Below, one piece after another: positions 1 to 13,492 of a stretch of DNA of 64,000 bases. The notes under the pieces are model-generated. The model had not been told where the DNA came from. It made no database searches and saw nothing but the letters and a program-made list of their open reading frames with translations. The translations under genes and the position numbers were made by a program. The stretch comes from Octopus sinensis (lineage: Eukaryota): positions 173,786,001-173,850,000 of the forward strand of contig NC_042998.1 in assembly GCF_006345805.1 (NCBI RefSeq), in the 5' to 3' direction. How positions within the stretch are numbered: the stretch's first letter is position 1; every line of letters starts with the position of its first letter.

Positions 1-362
1 GAACGCTGGTCTCCTTGACAACGCTTTACGACGTTGATTTCCTTACACTCCCTTCCCCACAGCTTCACGAGGGAGGGAAGAAGGGGGAGAAGCAAACAGG
101 TGCAGGTGTGACCATGGACGCCAACTCCGCCGCCATCGACACACGAAAAATTATGCATTAAAATGGAATAAAAAATGATGTTAAATTATTTTTTAAATCG
201 TAGACTCATCGTAGACGCGCGCTAATACTCAGACGGGCTCGATATGAATCACGACTATAAGATACGCGAATTTGGTTAAACTGCACCGCAAAATATGGGA
301 GTAGTTAGGAATCTAAATCGAAGGGGACAAACACTCACACAACTACAGTTTTATATATATAT
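1..362 (-). mobile_element. Terminus of non-autonomous Helitron-like element (probable 5' end), continuing out of the window
   Basis: Ends ...aatttggttaaactgcaccg...acactcacacaactacagttttatatatat. The same end architecture occurs at 34020-34127. The reverse complement resembles Helitron TCTATATATAAAA-type 5' ends. Confidence 0.4.
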
Positions 363-639
363 GGATATACATTGTCTCCGGTATAAGTTAATATTACTAA
401 GAAATATTACTGGTCCCTGGCACATTGGAGAAAAGAAACTGCCGGTGCCCCACATCAGATTGTTTGAGAAGCACTGGGTTAAACTACTATTCTGCTGATA
501 CTATTTCTCTCTCTATTTGAATCTTCCAAACCAGAGTGGTTCCTATCATCTTTTATCTCTTACATCCCCTCCCTCAAACACTGTTTTATCTGGGCTTACT
601 CTTCTGCAGTTCTCTTTCACTCTCACACATCCTTCTTTC

Positions 640-709
640 TTATCTAGCTTTTCTTCCAGTCTCACTCTCTCTCTCTCTTTCTCTCTCTCTCACTCTCTCT
701 CTTTCTCTC

Positions 710-751
<42 letters not shown>

Positions 752-1000
752 TCCCTCGTACTCTTTCTTTTATTTTCCTACTTTCAGTCACACTTTTCTA
801 TCGCTCTTGTGACACAGCGATTTTCCCTTCGTTTTTATCAATCTCTCTGTCTCTCTGTTTCTGTCTCTGTCTGTCTGTCTGTCTCCTTCTCTGTCTGTCT
901 CTCTGTCTGTCCCTCTGTCTGTCTCCTTCTCTCACTCTCTCTCTCTCTCTCTCTCTGTTTCTATTTCTGTCTCTGACTTTGTCTGTCTGTAATCTACGCA
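640..1000. repeat. (CT)n/(CTGT)n pyrimidine-rich microsatellite
   Basis: Directly visible. It accounts for ORFs 517..1263, 536..976 and 798..1001. Confidence 0.95.
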
Positions 1001-1132
1001 TTTCTGCCTATGTTCATTCACTTATCTCGAACTGCGCCTCTTGGTTTCGTTTTAGTTTTGTGTCTCTAAAACTTTACTCTCCTTCTTTCTCACTCACAAA
1101 CTCTCTTTATCTATCTATCTATCTATCTATCT

Positions 1133-2055
1133 GCGAACCTGGACATCGACGAGGAATACACGACCCGCCTGCTCAGAACGACTTTCGGACCAGGGCCCAT
1201 GGACAACTTTCAGAGATCCCTGGCCTGGCAGTGCTACCGAGAAGACCTACCCGTACGGGATAAGCTCTACAGACACGGCTAGAGAAACACGGGGCCAACC
1301 TGCACGAGATGCGGTCAGAGCGACGAAACCGTTCTGCACGCACTCGTGTAGTGTCCAACAATTTCCGACCTGTGGGCTTATGTCGAACGACTGCTGTCAC
1401 GTGTGGGACGAGTCGGTTTATCAGCCGAGTCTATCGTCAATATTGTTACGCTTTCTTCCTTCAAACGGGAAGGAAGAGCTATTTTCATCATCCTTGTGGC
1501 TATGGCGAAAGAATGTATCTGGTGGACGCGTCTGAAAGGATTGGAGACAAACACATTCTTCTCTGGTCAATCTCTCATCAACTTTTTCAAGTATCACTTG
1601 AAAAGGAAAGTGAGAGTAGAGAGGCAAGTTTTGTCTAGCGAATGTTTCAAAAAAAGATGGGTGAATGTAGCAAGGATGGCACGTATGAATGACGAAGCCA
1701 ACTTGAGCATAATCCTATGAACCCAGAAAATTTAAAACAGAGGGTTACCTACTTGCAAACAAATGTGGTAACATGTAACATCATTGACCGAGGTTACCGT
1801 GGTCTTTTCCGTAGGCTTTTCTTCCCATGGATAAACCTTATCTGCTTCCCCTTTACACTTTACACCATGACAATGTGATACATGATCCTTATTGATCGTT
1901 TTCCCCCTTTTTTCCCTTTTTTGTTCTTTCCCTTTTAACGATCCCTCTTGATCGAAAACCTAACCCACCTTTTTTTTTCTCTCCCCCCAAAAGAAAAGCT
2001 CTACCTTGTAATCTGTCCCGCCTGTGTGCAGCCCTGTGTGGCTAATAAAGAAACA
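1133..2055 (+). mobile_element. 5'-truncated L1/Tx1-clade LINE: ORF2 C-terminal zinc finger (zf-RVT) plus 3' UTR, inserted in (ATCT)n
   Basis: One frame from 1133 to 1720 with 2 internal stops reads ...FQRSLAWQCYREDLPVRDKLYRHG*RNTGPTCTRCGQSDETVLHALV*CPTISDLW...KECIWWTR..., which contains the CxxC..ETxxH..C motif. AATAAA lies at about 2044. (ATCT)n flanks both sides. Confidence 0.85.
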
Positions 2056-2161
<106 letters not shown>

Positions 2162-2383
2162 CGTACACTGACACATAAACACACACATACACATATAGTT
2201 ATAAGACCCAAGCTGGTAAGCTTCGGAAAGTCCATGATAGGTATAAAAAACAGCCTCCGGGAACAATATAGATTTATTCGCGTCGAAAGTTGTAAGCTTT
2301 TCCCACATCGAAGTTCGATAAGCTGAATTTTTGTAATATCCCACAGTTAGCAACTTGAATTGCTATGAATATGAATAAATAAA

Positions 2384-2752
2384 TATCCAAAGTGAAGGAA
2401 TGGAGCAAGCAAAATACTCGCTACATAGGTTCTCTATATAGCAGATCCTATGATGTAATAATTAGTCTACGAGGGTACATAAATATCTACTCATCAGGCC
2501 AGAGATACCTCAGTTATATGAAGGCTATATTGTTAACTCGCCGAAGATATAATTTGAAATAATATTTTCGGGGAGTTAATTTGGGATTCCTTAATAACAG
2601 TGTAACCGTCATATAATTAATTAAAGTATCTTTGGCCTGATGAATAGCTAGTTGAGTACGCCTCGTTGAGTAATTATTGTATCAGAGGATCTGCTATTTA
2701 GAAAACATGTGTGAACAAGATTTTACTTGCTTCGTTCTCTCAATCTGGATAT
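2384..2752. repeat. Imperfect ~370 bp palindrome (foldback / head-to-head element pair)
   Basis: Arms of about 150 bp, e.g. tagcagatcc...tcatcaggcc against ggcctgatga...ggatctgcta, plus a nested hairpin at 2532-2579. Confidence 0.75.
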
Positions 2753-2841
2753 ATACATATCTGTATCTATATTTATCTATCTATCTGTCTGTCTATCTAT
2801 CTATCTGTCTATGTATCTACCTACCTACCTATATATATATA

Positions 2842-3007
2842 ATTATAATTAAGGGCACTGAAGGAACAGCGCCTATAAACCTACTTTGAATTTGCACTCC
2901 ATTAACTCCTCGCATTCGTGCTAATAGAATGCAAATTCAGTGTTTTATAGTCGCCTGATATCTGTCTCTAGCATAGATGTTGTTCCTCCAGTGTTCTTAG
3001 TTATAAT
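2842..3007. repeat. ~165 bp imperfect hairpin (MITE-like)
   Basis: aagggcactgaaggaacagc pairs with gttgttcctccagtgttctt. An inner pair is tgaatttgcactccatta with taatagaatgcaaattca. Confidence 0.65.
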
Positions 3008-3121
3008 CATATTTATATAATCATATATTTATATATTGATTCTACGTATATGGGTTTTATTATATGCTGGCCACTGATAAAATCACTAATTTGTAATGAT
3101 TTTATCATATATATATATATT

Positions 3122-3443
3122 AGGTAAGGGTAAGGACAACCTTTGGTCATGAATGACTATGGAATTGCACCTAGAAAATCACCTTCGAGGCACAAGGCCG
3201 TGCAAGGTTACTTATGGAAGACCTCCAGGTGCCCATACATACGTTCCTCCCCTCTCCACGCCACCGATGTTATCCAAGGGAAAAGCAAAAGCCGATACAG
3301 CTTGGTACCAGTGACGTCACAATGCATTCAACGTGAAAATAAAGTGTCTTCCTCAAGAACACAACCCACAGTCCAGTCCAGGAATCGAACTCACTACCAC
3401 ATGATAGTAAGCTCTACGCTTTACCTATTGAGTCATGTGCCTT
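3122..3443 (-). mobile_element. tRNA-derived SINE (family C)
   Basis: Reverse complement has an A box (tgactcaatagg), a B box (gagttcgattcc), the gtgttcttgaggaagacacttta core and a (cctta) tail. Confidence 0.7.
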
Positions 3444-3811
3444 ACTGGCCAGTTGCCTTTATATGAACAACATAGACAAATATACATATATCAACATTCA
3501 ATATAAAGTCTTGATGTGTTAGAATTATCAGATGCTTCAGAGCATGTCTCATCATGCACTGAATGGCAATGAAGACCACCACCATATGGGAAGGGAAGAT
3601 AATCTCAACAAACAAAATTTCTCCAAAGGTGACAAGCAATTAAAGGAAAAGAACAGGGTTATTGTTTGGGTATAAGAGGACTGTCGTGGGCACATAGATA
3701 TATTTATCCACAGGCTAATACATAGATATGTATACACAACCATTCATAAACAGACACAGACAAATACACAGACTCACACGCATACATACAATACGCATAC
3801 ACACATTTATT

Positions 3812-4122
3812 TACGTCCAAGACGGTGTGTGCTAGTTGGTACGATGAACCGAACAACTTGCTCGTGAAATGAACGTCCAAGTGACTGAGCAATCTACAGA
3901 CACGCGGCCACTTAAAGTAGTTCTGAGGGAGATTCACGGTGACATAGTATGACAAATCTTATCCTTGGAGTTACAGATACTAATATTTTTTTCCAGCTCA
4001 GGGGACTGAAGCAACGAGAAATAAAGTGTCTTGCTGAAAGACACATCATCCCGCCGGGCATCGAATTCACGACTTTACGATCGTAAACTGAATACCCTAA
4101 CCACTAAGACAGGCACCTTTAC
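3812..4122 (-). mobile_element. tRNA-derived SINE (family D, degenerate)
   Basis: Reverse complement has a tagtggttaggg...gaattcgatgcc head. Its 3' half is similar to the SINE at 52425-52778. Confidence 0.65.
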
Positions 4123-4149
4123 ATATAAACATTTATTTCAGGGGACGTG

Positions 4150-4247
<98 letters not shown>

Positions 4248-4252
4248 ATATA

Positions 4253-5651
4253 AATGTTCAACTTCTTGCCTAGGGTGAGCCCATAGCAATATCATGTCTT
4301 CTCCACTATTTCAGTATTACGTGTTAAAAGTGAAACAAAAACATTTCTCTATTTTATGTCAGATACTTTCACTTTAACAATAAAAATTAGTGATAATAAT
4401 AACAATTGAATTATATGTAGTAAATAATAATTAAAATCAAACTAAAGTATAATATAATAATTAAATCGTAACATAACAATTAAAAGTAAAAATAGCAATT
4501 GGTATAAAATTGCATCAATGACTTGAACTTGAATAAGTGGTTTCACATGAATGGGAATAAATAAAAAATAAAATTTAAGTGCAGAAATGGAATAGTCCAG
4601 ATGGAGCTGTGCACATACCCTTTACCACGTATTTTACATTCGATTATCTGCTAATTAGCTAGCATTAAGTATCTATATGAAGTTTGGCTGTATGTAACGT
4701 CTGTTGTCTCGAACAGACGCTTCTACTGAGTACTGATGTTGGTTTATTTTTAATCCATAAAGAACTATAGCTTCAACTGAGTACTGCTTTTTGATTCACC
4801 GTAAGGTTTGTTGTTATTATTATTACTGTTTAACTATTGTTATCACGTTTGTTGGTTCCTCGTAAGGCAAGCGTTGTTGTGTTGCATTTGTTAAATAATT
4901 GTAAACCATAACCCTCCCCCTTTGGGAGACGGAGATTTGGTTATTGTTTAAAAATTGAATTGTGTCCCTGTTTGGGGAAATTGACAATATTTTCACCGTT
5001 TGTACGGAAGTATTTTTGTTAAATTGTCTTTGATAGAAGAAGTCCAAAACTGAATTTCGCTGCAGCCGTCGGCGGGCGCGAACTCATTAAAATTAAAATG
5101 GAAGAAATACAAACCTATTTCGGATTGATCACCGACGAAAACGGTGAATATAGGATACTATTTGAACACCTGGACGAAAGCACCATTGAAAAGTGTCTTG
5201 GTGCGACTATGAAATATATCAAGTATCTAACCAGAGGCGGTAAATTCGCCACAGTAGAAGCAAAGTTCGAGTCAACGGAGCGTGCAAGGGAGTACTCGAC
5301 TCGAACCTTGCAAAGTGGAAATATTTTATTTTTACCTTTATATCTGGGACGTAGGACGTCCCGGATAAAAAATTTAAAATGTCCCCCCAGAAGTAATGCT
5401 AGGCTGGATTGTAAACACACTTCTATACAAGAGGGAGGACAAGATCCAATTGATCGAAATCGCAAGAGACGGACCTACAATTCCAGTCTGTTATATATTT
5501 TGAGTATTGTTATCACTAGCGATATCAAAATATAACTTTGTATTTTGTATTTTATGTGTAGATGTATATATATAGATGTACATGTAATATGTACACATAT
5601 ATATGCACATATATACATGCACTAGCAGTATGACCCGGGTCATAATGCTAG
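4253..5651 (+). mobile_element. Non-autonomous Helitron-like element, copy 1, carrying a LINE ORF1-like fragment
   Basis: High similarity over about 1.4 kb to 13690-15094. It ends in the hairpin tatgacccgggtcata followed by CTAG|T. Confidence 0.75.
5098..5470 (+). pseudogene. Captured N-terminal fragment of an L1/Tx1-type ORF1 (RRM-like)
   Basis: Reads MEEIQTYFG...YLTRGGKFATVEAKFES...LPLYLGRRTSRIK, then after a frameshift NVPPEVMLGWIV. The xIxNVPPE motif is typical of Tx1-like ORF1. No database search was run. Confidence 0.55.
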
Positions 5652-5789
5652 TATGTACATATTAATTGGTACACATAAGTACAAATACATCCTTGCGGAC
5701 ATAAGTACATAATACATATAAATATCCATAACTGCATAGATTTATGGTTGGGTATATCAATGTAAGTATCACTGTGCATGTGACCACGT

Positions 5790-5978
5790 GTGCATTGTTG
5801 GCGATTTTGTTTCTCCGTCTTCCCTTCCTTGGACCTCTCATTTTTCTATGTCTCTAACGAAGAGCTCCTCGCTCGAAACGTCAAATCCTCCTTCTTTCTT
5901 TTCTTTCCTGAGCGTCCACTAACACCATACATGTTTCTCGTCCTCGCGTTGTTGTGTCTTCTCTTTGTTCATGTTTGT
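5790..5978 (+). mobile_element. Short HHR-bearing element, family E1, next to (TA)n
   Basis: Homologous to 52150-52345. It contains the HHR motif at 5850-5886. Confidence 0.7.
5850..5886 (+). ncRNA. Degenerate minimal type-I hammerhead ribozyme
   Basis: CUAACGA-A-GAGC uccuc GCUC-GAAA-CG-UC. The core has a G5>A mutation. Confidence 0.55.
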
Positions 5979-6026
5979 ATATATATATATATTATATATA
6001 TATATATCGATAGATAGACAGATAGT

Positions 6027-6084
<58 letters not shown>

Positions 6085-6142
6085 TATAGATATAGAGATA
6101 TAGAGATATAGATATAGATATGTAGATATATAGATATAGATA

Positions 6143-6214
<72 letters not shown>

Positions 6215-7707
6215 GCATGTATGTATGTATTGAGAGAGAGAAATAAATAGATAAGTTAAGATAAATGTAGGCATACATTATATAAACAGTTTCATACATG
6301 CATACATATACTGTAATATTTATCAATGTAGATTTTGTTACGATACAAAGTTTTGTACACCACTTTGCACATTGATATATACTCATAAACTAAAGTCTCT
6401 ATATAAACGCAACCGATGTCTTTATAAACATGCTTGAAGTTTCGTACCATTATGAACCATCAAAACACGATGTTGAAGTTGGCATGAAGACATCATATCT
6501 CATTCAGTAGCTTAAGTGTGGAGGAATAAAATGAAAATGCAAAACAACTCACACAGACACATTTGAATATATATTTCATGTTATCTAATGATATTAAGTG
6601 CTTTCTCTAGCTTAATTACATTTCCCATCCGTGTCATTTTATATTCTGAAATTTTAAAACATTCCTAGTCAGTTGATTTGATTATAAGAAAATGTAGCTT
6701 GTCACTGATTTCGAATGATTAATATTTTGATTATTCTGAAAACACTGATGTAACTAGCAAAGGGTTAAAACTTCAGATTTACCTCACACTGTTATCCACA
6801 GTAGAGAAAGCTGTAACAGCCTTTGTTGTTACCGGATTATATCAAGAATGCTTCGGAGACTGTGTGACTGTTATATTACACCTGAAGGCGGACAATTAAA
6901 TACAAACTCAAAGTGAAGCGGTGATTATACATTCGACTGAGCGTGTACAATAGAGACCAATATTTCATATCATCATTGCGTGGAGTATTACACAAGGTCA
7001 TATATTGACAGAAGACGTAGGGCGCCAAAGAGAACTAATTGCCTTGCAAAACTTTGTGTGGGGGTGTATGTGTATGCGTGTGTGTTTGCGTGCGCTTGCC
7101 TCTGTGTATTTTTAAATTCATTTAAGTTCTTCATTGTGTTCTAACCAGTCGCTAACAAAGTGAGATTTTGACTTGAGGCAGTTCCTGGGGTTTTAAAGTA
7201 TGTGGTTGAATTAGAGTGTTCATATATGAAGGTGTGTAAACCTGCACTTACTCTGTGAGAGAATGCATCCTTAGTAATTGTTTGTGAGTATGTGTGCGCA
7301 TGATTTCGTTTTTGTAGATAAACACAGACAAAACGGCGGTGCATCAGCATGGCCGCAGCTCTGAGATGAAACTTAAAAAAAAACTGTGTATGTAAATTCC
7401 AAAAAGAGGAGCATTAGAATACCTAAATCTTTTATTGTTACATATTTTGAATCTGGATATGTTTGTCTGTCTGCATGTTTGTCTCAATGCATGGATGTAT
7501 CTATGTATGCATGTGTGTGTTTTTATGTGTGTACGTATGTAAGTTTGTCAATATGCATGTATGTATGTGGGTATGTATGTGCGTGTATGTATGGATGTAT
7601 GTATGTATATATGTATGTATGTATGTATGCATGTATGTATGTATGTATGTATGTATGTATGTATGTATGTATGTATGTATGTATGTATGTATGTATGTAT
7701 GTATGTA

Positions 7708-8983
7708 TAAGGTCGTCAAGTATGAAATTTGTAGAAAAGAAAAAAATATGTTTGCTGATGTTTTATAAATACAAGGGATAGTTTTATTCATCAAAGTATG
7801 CACCCATATTGTCAATACACTTTTGCCATTTCAGCGGTAGCTTGTCCAACCCGGAACTATAAAAGTATGGCAATCTCGAGTCAATAAAATCTTGGAAGGT
7901 CTGTTTTACAACATCGTCAGAATTAAATTTTTTCCCTATCAAAATCTTATCGAAATTCTGGAAGAAGTGGTAGTCAGTGGGGGCAAGATCAGATGAGTAT
8001 GGTGGATGATGGAGAACTTCCAACTCCACCTCCTGTAGTTTCGCCAATGTCATTTTTGCGATGTGTCGTCTGGTGTTGACTTGCAATAAAATTGGAGTGG
8101 GTTTGTTGACTAATTTAGGCTGGGGTTTTTTGGGGGGTGGGGGGTAAATTTCTGCATCATTTGGTCCAATTGGCTGCTGTATATTTCGGCAATGATTGAT
8201 GGGCCAGCTTTATTGAAATCATAATGGATCACACCTGTGCCAGACTACCAAACACACATCATCAGCTTCTTTTGATGAATTTTACCTTTTGGACAGTGTT
8301 TTGGTGGCTCGTCTTTATCCAACGGTTGTTGTATTGGATCCATTTCTCATTACATTTTACAATTCGATTAAAAATGATTCATTTTTTTTTTAACGAGAAA
8401 GCAGTCTTCCAGACCTTACTGTTTCTGATTTTCATTGAGTTCATGTGGAACCTACTTATCCAAATTTTTCTCTTTACCAATTTGAACTAGGGTGAGTCAA
8501 AATTTTTTGCTTGCTAACAGCAAACAACAACGATAATTCACCGGCACTTTGAGATGGATCTGACTCGACGGTCGCTTTCATTTTGTCATTATCCACTTTT
8601 CTTTCTAGTCGACCGCGTTGCTCATTTGCGAAGTGAAAGTTACCACAATGAAATTTGGCAAACCCATTTGATATCGGCTGCTGTGTAATAACATTAGAAT
8701 GAAATACTCCATTAATATTCCGAGCTGTGTGTGATGTTTTATTCCCAAGAAAGAATTCATATTCCAAACTGTATAAATTTCCGACTTATCCATCTTTAAA
8801 TAAAAATAGCAAAAAACGATTTATAAATACTTTAAAAAGCTCAAAATTAGTTAGAATAAAGAAATAGATGTGTCAGCTTTCTAACAAAAAATAAAGATTG
8901 TCAAAACATAATAATGGCGCAAAATGAGCTGCTGTCAAAGTTTACCATATACCTTACTACAAATTTCATACTTGACGACCTAA
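7708..8983 (-). mobile_element. Mariner (DD34D) transposon, full length, defective
   Basis: TIRs taaggtcgtcaagtatgaaatttgtag / ctacaaatttcatacttgacgacctaa with TA TSDs. Transposase fragments read MDKSEI..EYEFFLG and HPPYSSDLAPTDYHFF. Confidence 0.93.
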
Positions 8984-9892
8984 TATATATGTATGAATGG
9001 ATGGATGGATGGATGGAGGGATGGATGGATGGATGGATGGATGGATAGATGGATGGATAGACGGTTGGATGGATAGATGGTTGGATGGATGGATGGATGA
9101 ATGGATGGACCTATATATGCATGTATTTATGTATATATCTATGTATGAAATATAAAATTAGTGGTTTCGCAAAATTGATATTTCAAGGGTAGTACATATA
9201 GTATTTAAAAAAACTGTTCCTATATTCATTATAGATCTAACCAAAGAGGAAGCCTTCATTCGATAGTTGGATGTGATAGAAATACCTAGCTAAAACTTGA
9301 AATAACAGTGCATCATTTTGAAAAGAAATAATAGTGAATAATGTAGTCTATTCCCAATAAACCATTCTTGAGTACTGGTCGGGGTTATCACGGACGGTAC
9401 GTCTTAGATTATATGTTTTCCGTACGGAAACCAAAGTCAGGTAGCTGAAATAAGAATCTTAATCAGGTAGTATAGAATGTAAAGCGATATGACAACCACT
9501 GACGTGTACCACAAATTATTCCACGTCAATTCATGTTGGAAATATTTAAATACAAGGTTTCAGATGAGTCTTCTAGCCGTCAGTAATGAATGTTAGAAAT
9601 GTAGAAATTTAACCCTCTCATTTGTTTCTAAGATACAAGGAAGGATCTGAATCTCTCAACCTGCTAGAATCATATATTATTTAATGGAAGAGCGATATGA
9701 TATTTTCACATAAAATTCTAAATATAGAATTACACACAGGAAATGATGACCATAAGATAATGTCTTTGGAAAGATAGGGTTAATTAATGTCTCTAAATGG
9801 TCTAGTACATTGCCTAAGTACTTTGGGTCAAATGGTTGTATTAAGAAAAATGGCGATGAAAAAGAAATTAATCAATTGTTTAACAACATATA

Positions 9893-11169
9893 CAGGCGCT
9901 GGACAAAATAATGGAAACACCTTAAAATTTCAAACAATTTTTATTTAATATGGGGTAGAAACGCCTTTAGCAGTAATTACAGCTTGAATTCTACGAGGTA
10001 TGGACTTGTACAAAGTTTGAATTGTTTCCAAAGGAATTTGTGTCCATTCTTCAGCTAAAACAGTCTCCAGTTCTTGTAATGATGATGGAGATCGAATCCT
10101 TACCTGTTGATGAAGGATATCGACTCCTTACCTGATTTTCAAAAATGTGCCATAGATATTCAATAATACTAAGATTTGAGGGCTGTGGTAGCCAGATAAG
10201 ATGTTCAACTTCACTAGAATGTTTTTCGTGTCATTCGGTAACTTCTTTAGCTCTGTGAATTGGTGCATTATCATCCTGAGAGCTTGCGTTTCCATCCGGA
10301 ACCAGTTCTGCAACCATAGGATGAATTTAATCAGATAAAATGCTTAAATAGTCTTGACTATTAATTCTACCATGAAGGGAAACCATTGGGCCGGCGGATT
10401 TTCAAGATATGGCCCCCATCCCCAGATCATCACAGAGCCTCCTATGTTTAACAGTTGGAAAAAGGCAGTCTGGATCAAATGTTTCTTTTGGCTGTCTCCA
10501 CATATACTCGGTCGCTGGCCGGAAATAAGGTAAAGGACGACTCGTTCGAGAAAACAACATACTTCCACAGCTCCAGGGAACAATTTTGTTGGTTGTTACT
10601 CCACTCTAAATACTTTGCAACGTTTGTTTCTGAAAGTAGTGGTTTTCTGATTGCAGCTCTCCCGTAAAATCCGGCTTTGTGCAGCTTCCGGCGAACAGTT
10701 TTTGTAGAAACTGGGTTCTCGAGGTGGTCATTAAGCTCTGCAGTAATTTTTGGAGCACTTCTTTTGTGATCCTTTCTAACAATTCGCGTAAGTGTTCGAC
10801 GGTCCCCATCTGAAAGTTTTGGTTTTCTTCCGGAGTTTTGTTTCGACGAGGAAGTTTTTCCCTGTTACTTTCGAGGCAGTACTCTTGATACACCAAATAT
10901 TTCGGCTGTTTTCGTTACGTAAGCGCCAGCCATACGGGCACCAACAATTTGACCTCTATGATAGTCCGATAGACCTGTTATTTTAATGGATTTTAATTAC
11001 CTTTTTCTGATAATATCTGAAAAGAAACGGCAATTTTAACAAAACATATTAAGCAACACTAAAAATGAATCAAAAACATAAAAATAAACAAGCTTTTGAT
11101 AGTTTTATAGGTATTCCAAAATTTTGATGCTATGATGTTAGGTGTTTCCGTTATTTTGTCCAACCCCTG
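9893..11169 (-). mobile_element. Tc1-family transposon, defective
   Basis: TIRs caggcgctggacaaaataatggaaacacct / aggtgtttccgttattttgtccaacccctg with TA TSDs. Fragments include GGSVMIWG, QDDNAPIH and an NIIEYLW-like catalytic motif. Confidence 0.9.
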
Positions 11170-11388
11170 TATGACTGCACATAAGGTATTTAGAATACAG
11201 CAAACTATATTTTCAGCAAGGCAGTTACCCATGAACGAAATTAATGAAGCTTAAATTTAGTGTTTATATATACATGTGTGTGTGTGTGTGTGTGTGCGCG
11301 CGTCATTCTTCATTTTTATTTGAAGATTTCTTGCCAATAGAAAAAGAAAGAGACTTTGTCAAACCTAGATCCAATGCTCCTTCATATG

Positions 11389-11420
<32 letters not shown>

Positions 11421-12250
11421 TGTATGTATGTATGTATGTAGGTATGTACGTATGTATGTATGTACGTATGTATATGTGTACGTATGTACGTACGTATGTA
11501 TGTATGTATGTATGTATGTATGTATGTATGTATGTATGTATGCGTGTATGAACGTATGTATGTACGTATGTATGTATGTATCCACTATGCATATATATAT
11601 AGTTCAAACTTATAGACAGAGAAGAGTATGCGGAAATAAATAGATATACTTACTTTATGAAATATACATATCCGACACTTTAAAAATAATTTTACGTATA
11701 TAACATGCAGTCACTTATTGCTATATTTGCGTTCACAAATTATTACATTTACTCGACTCACATGTTATACTTTAACGGAAGGGTGGTCACTAGGAATTAC
11801 ACATACAAACCTCTTTCCGTCGATAGATAATTGCATAAGTTTTTCCTTAATTTTAAATATCAACATCCATGAGAGAATATATGTCACCACTTCTATGTAC
11901 ACTTTAATATACATGGAGTTACCTCCTATAATACCTGTGTTTATAACAGGACTTCTTCCAGTTGATGCGCTAATATACATTTTAACTGAACGATAAGTGG
12001 GAGCTATTACATGTCTATATTGAAATGATTGTTTCTATTAGAAGTGAAACCGATATATAAGAATGTATTTTGGAATAATTCAATTAGATGCAGCATAAAA
12101 ATAATTGTGCAATTTCTATTTCTATTATTCTTTCAGTATTGCATACATTGTTGCATGCATAAAGGTATTTACACAAGCTCATATATATATGTGTGTGTGT
12201 GTGATTGTATACACATATATATATATGTGTGTGTATATATATATATATCT

Positions 12251-12428
12251 TTCATTCTTTTACTTGTTTTAGTCATTTGTCTGCAGCCATGCTGGAGCAC
12301 CACCTTTTGTCGACCAAATCGACCACAGGGCTTATTCTTTGCAAGCCTAGTACTTATTCTATCGGTCTCTTTTGCCGAACCGTGAGTTGTCTAGCGATGA
12401 TGTGGGACAAACACAGACGCACACACAA

Positions 12429-12489
<61 letters not shown>

Positions 12490-12667
12490 ATATATATATA
12501 TATAATATATATATATATACATTCGACGTGCTTCTTTCAGTTTCCGTGGATCAAATTCACTTACAAGGCTTTGATCGAGCTGAGGCTGTAGCAGAAGACA
12601 CTTGCACAAGGTGCCAGAACCATGTGGTTGAGAAGCAAGTTTCTTACCACACAGCCACTCTTGCGCC

Positions 12668-12670
<3 letters not shown>
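12251..12670 (-). mobile_element. tRNA-derived SINE family A (internal microsatellite, head deletion)
   Basis: Homologous to the copies at 18449, 28002, 41017 and 60245. Confidence 0.85.
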
Positions 12671-12740
<70 letters not shown>

Positions 12741-13219
12741 GAGAGATAGAGAGATAGAGAGAGTGCGTTTCAGAAAACTAGAATATGAAACATAAATTTT
12801 GTCACCTAAGTGAGAACCTCAAAATTTCGATTAGATTAGGCTCACTGAATCAAAACTCATCTATTCCTAGTATAAGCTGATATAAACTGACAGGTGATAT
12901 AAGCTAACAGCTATGTTTCCAAGCTTCGGGGGCCATTAAAAATCCATTATCAGGAAATATTAGATTGTATTATCTCGACCTCCAAAACTTATCCAGAGAA
13001 AATAGCATAATGATTCCCCCACACCCCAAAAAACAAAAGAAAAACTTAAAAGCGTGTACGTGAATTCACTTAGGAACTTTGGCTTCAGTGACGACCCCAA
13101 TTTTTCATGGTATTAGACGAAACCAGCATACACTATTCATGTTAATGGAGTAAAATTTCGTTTCAATAGTAGAATTCCGCCCCCCTTAGGATACAAGTTA
13201 GCTATTTTATTTTTATCTA

Positions 13220-13436
13220 TGAGGGCGTACTGAAAGCTTCCTGGCGTCAAGGGTATCGCGAAAGGATTGGTTGGCGGCCCAATCTTCCGAGTTTTTTAAC
13301 AGGGCTCAGAAAAACTGAAGGGCGTCTGCAATAAGAGTGTGAATGTGAGAGGGGAATATGTTGAATAAAATCATATTAACTGATCCTTTTGTATTTTCTT
13401 TTGCCCAAAACCAGGAACTTTTCAACACCCCCTTCG
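13220..13436. mobile_element. Mariner-derived MITE (~217 bp)
   Basis: Imperfect TIRs tgagggcgtactgaaagcttcctgg / ccaggaacttttcaacacccccttcg. Confidence 0.7.
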
Positions 13437-13492
13437 CACTTTGAATTGTTCTGTAATGAGGTTCAGTTCAAGTGAGTTTATTGGCCAAAAGC

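Noticed and set aside
517-1263. 248 aa ORF and the many IY/CV/HT/MYVC/YLSI-repeat ORFs throughout the track
   Set aside because: These are translations of microsatellites that lack stop codons, with no protein-like content.
12790-13200. DNA-transposon-like subterminal sequence
   Set aside because: I could not identify a TIR pair or TSD.
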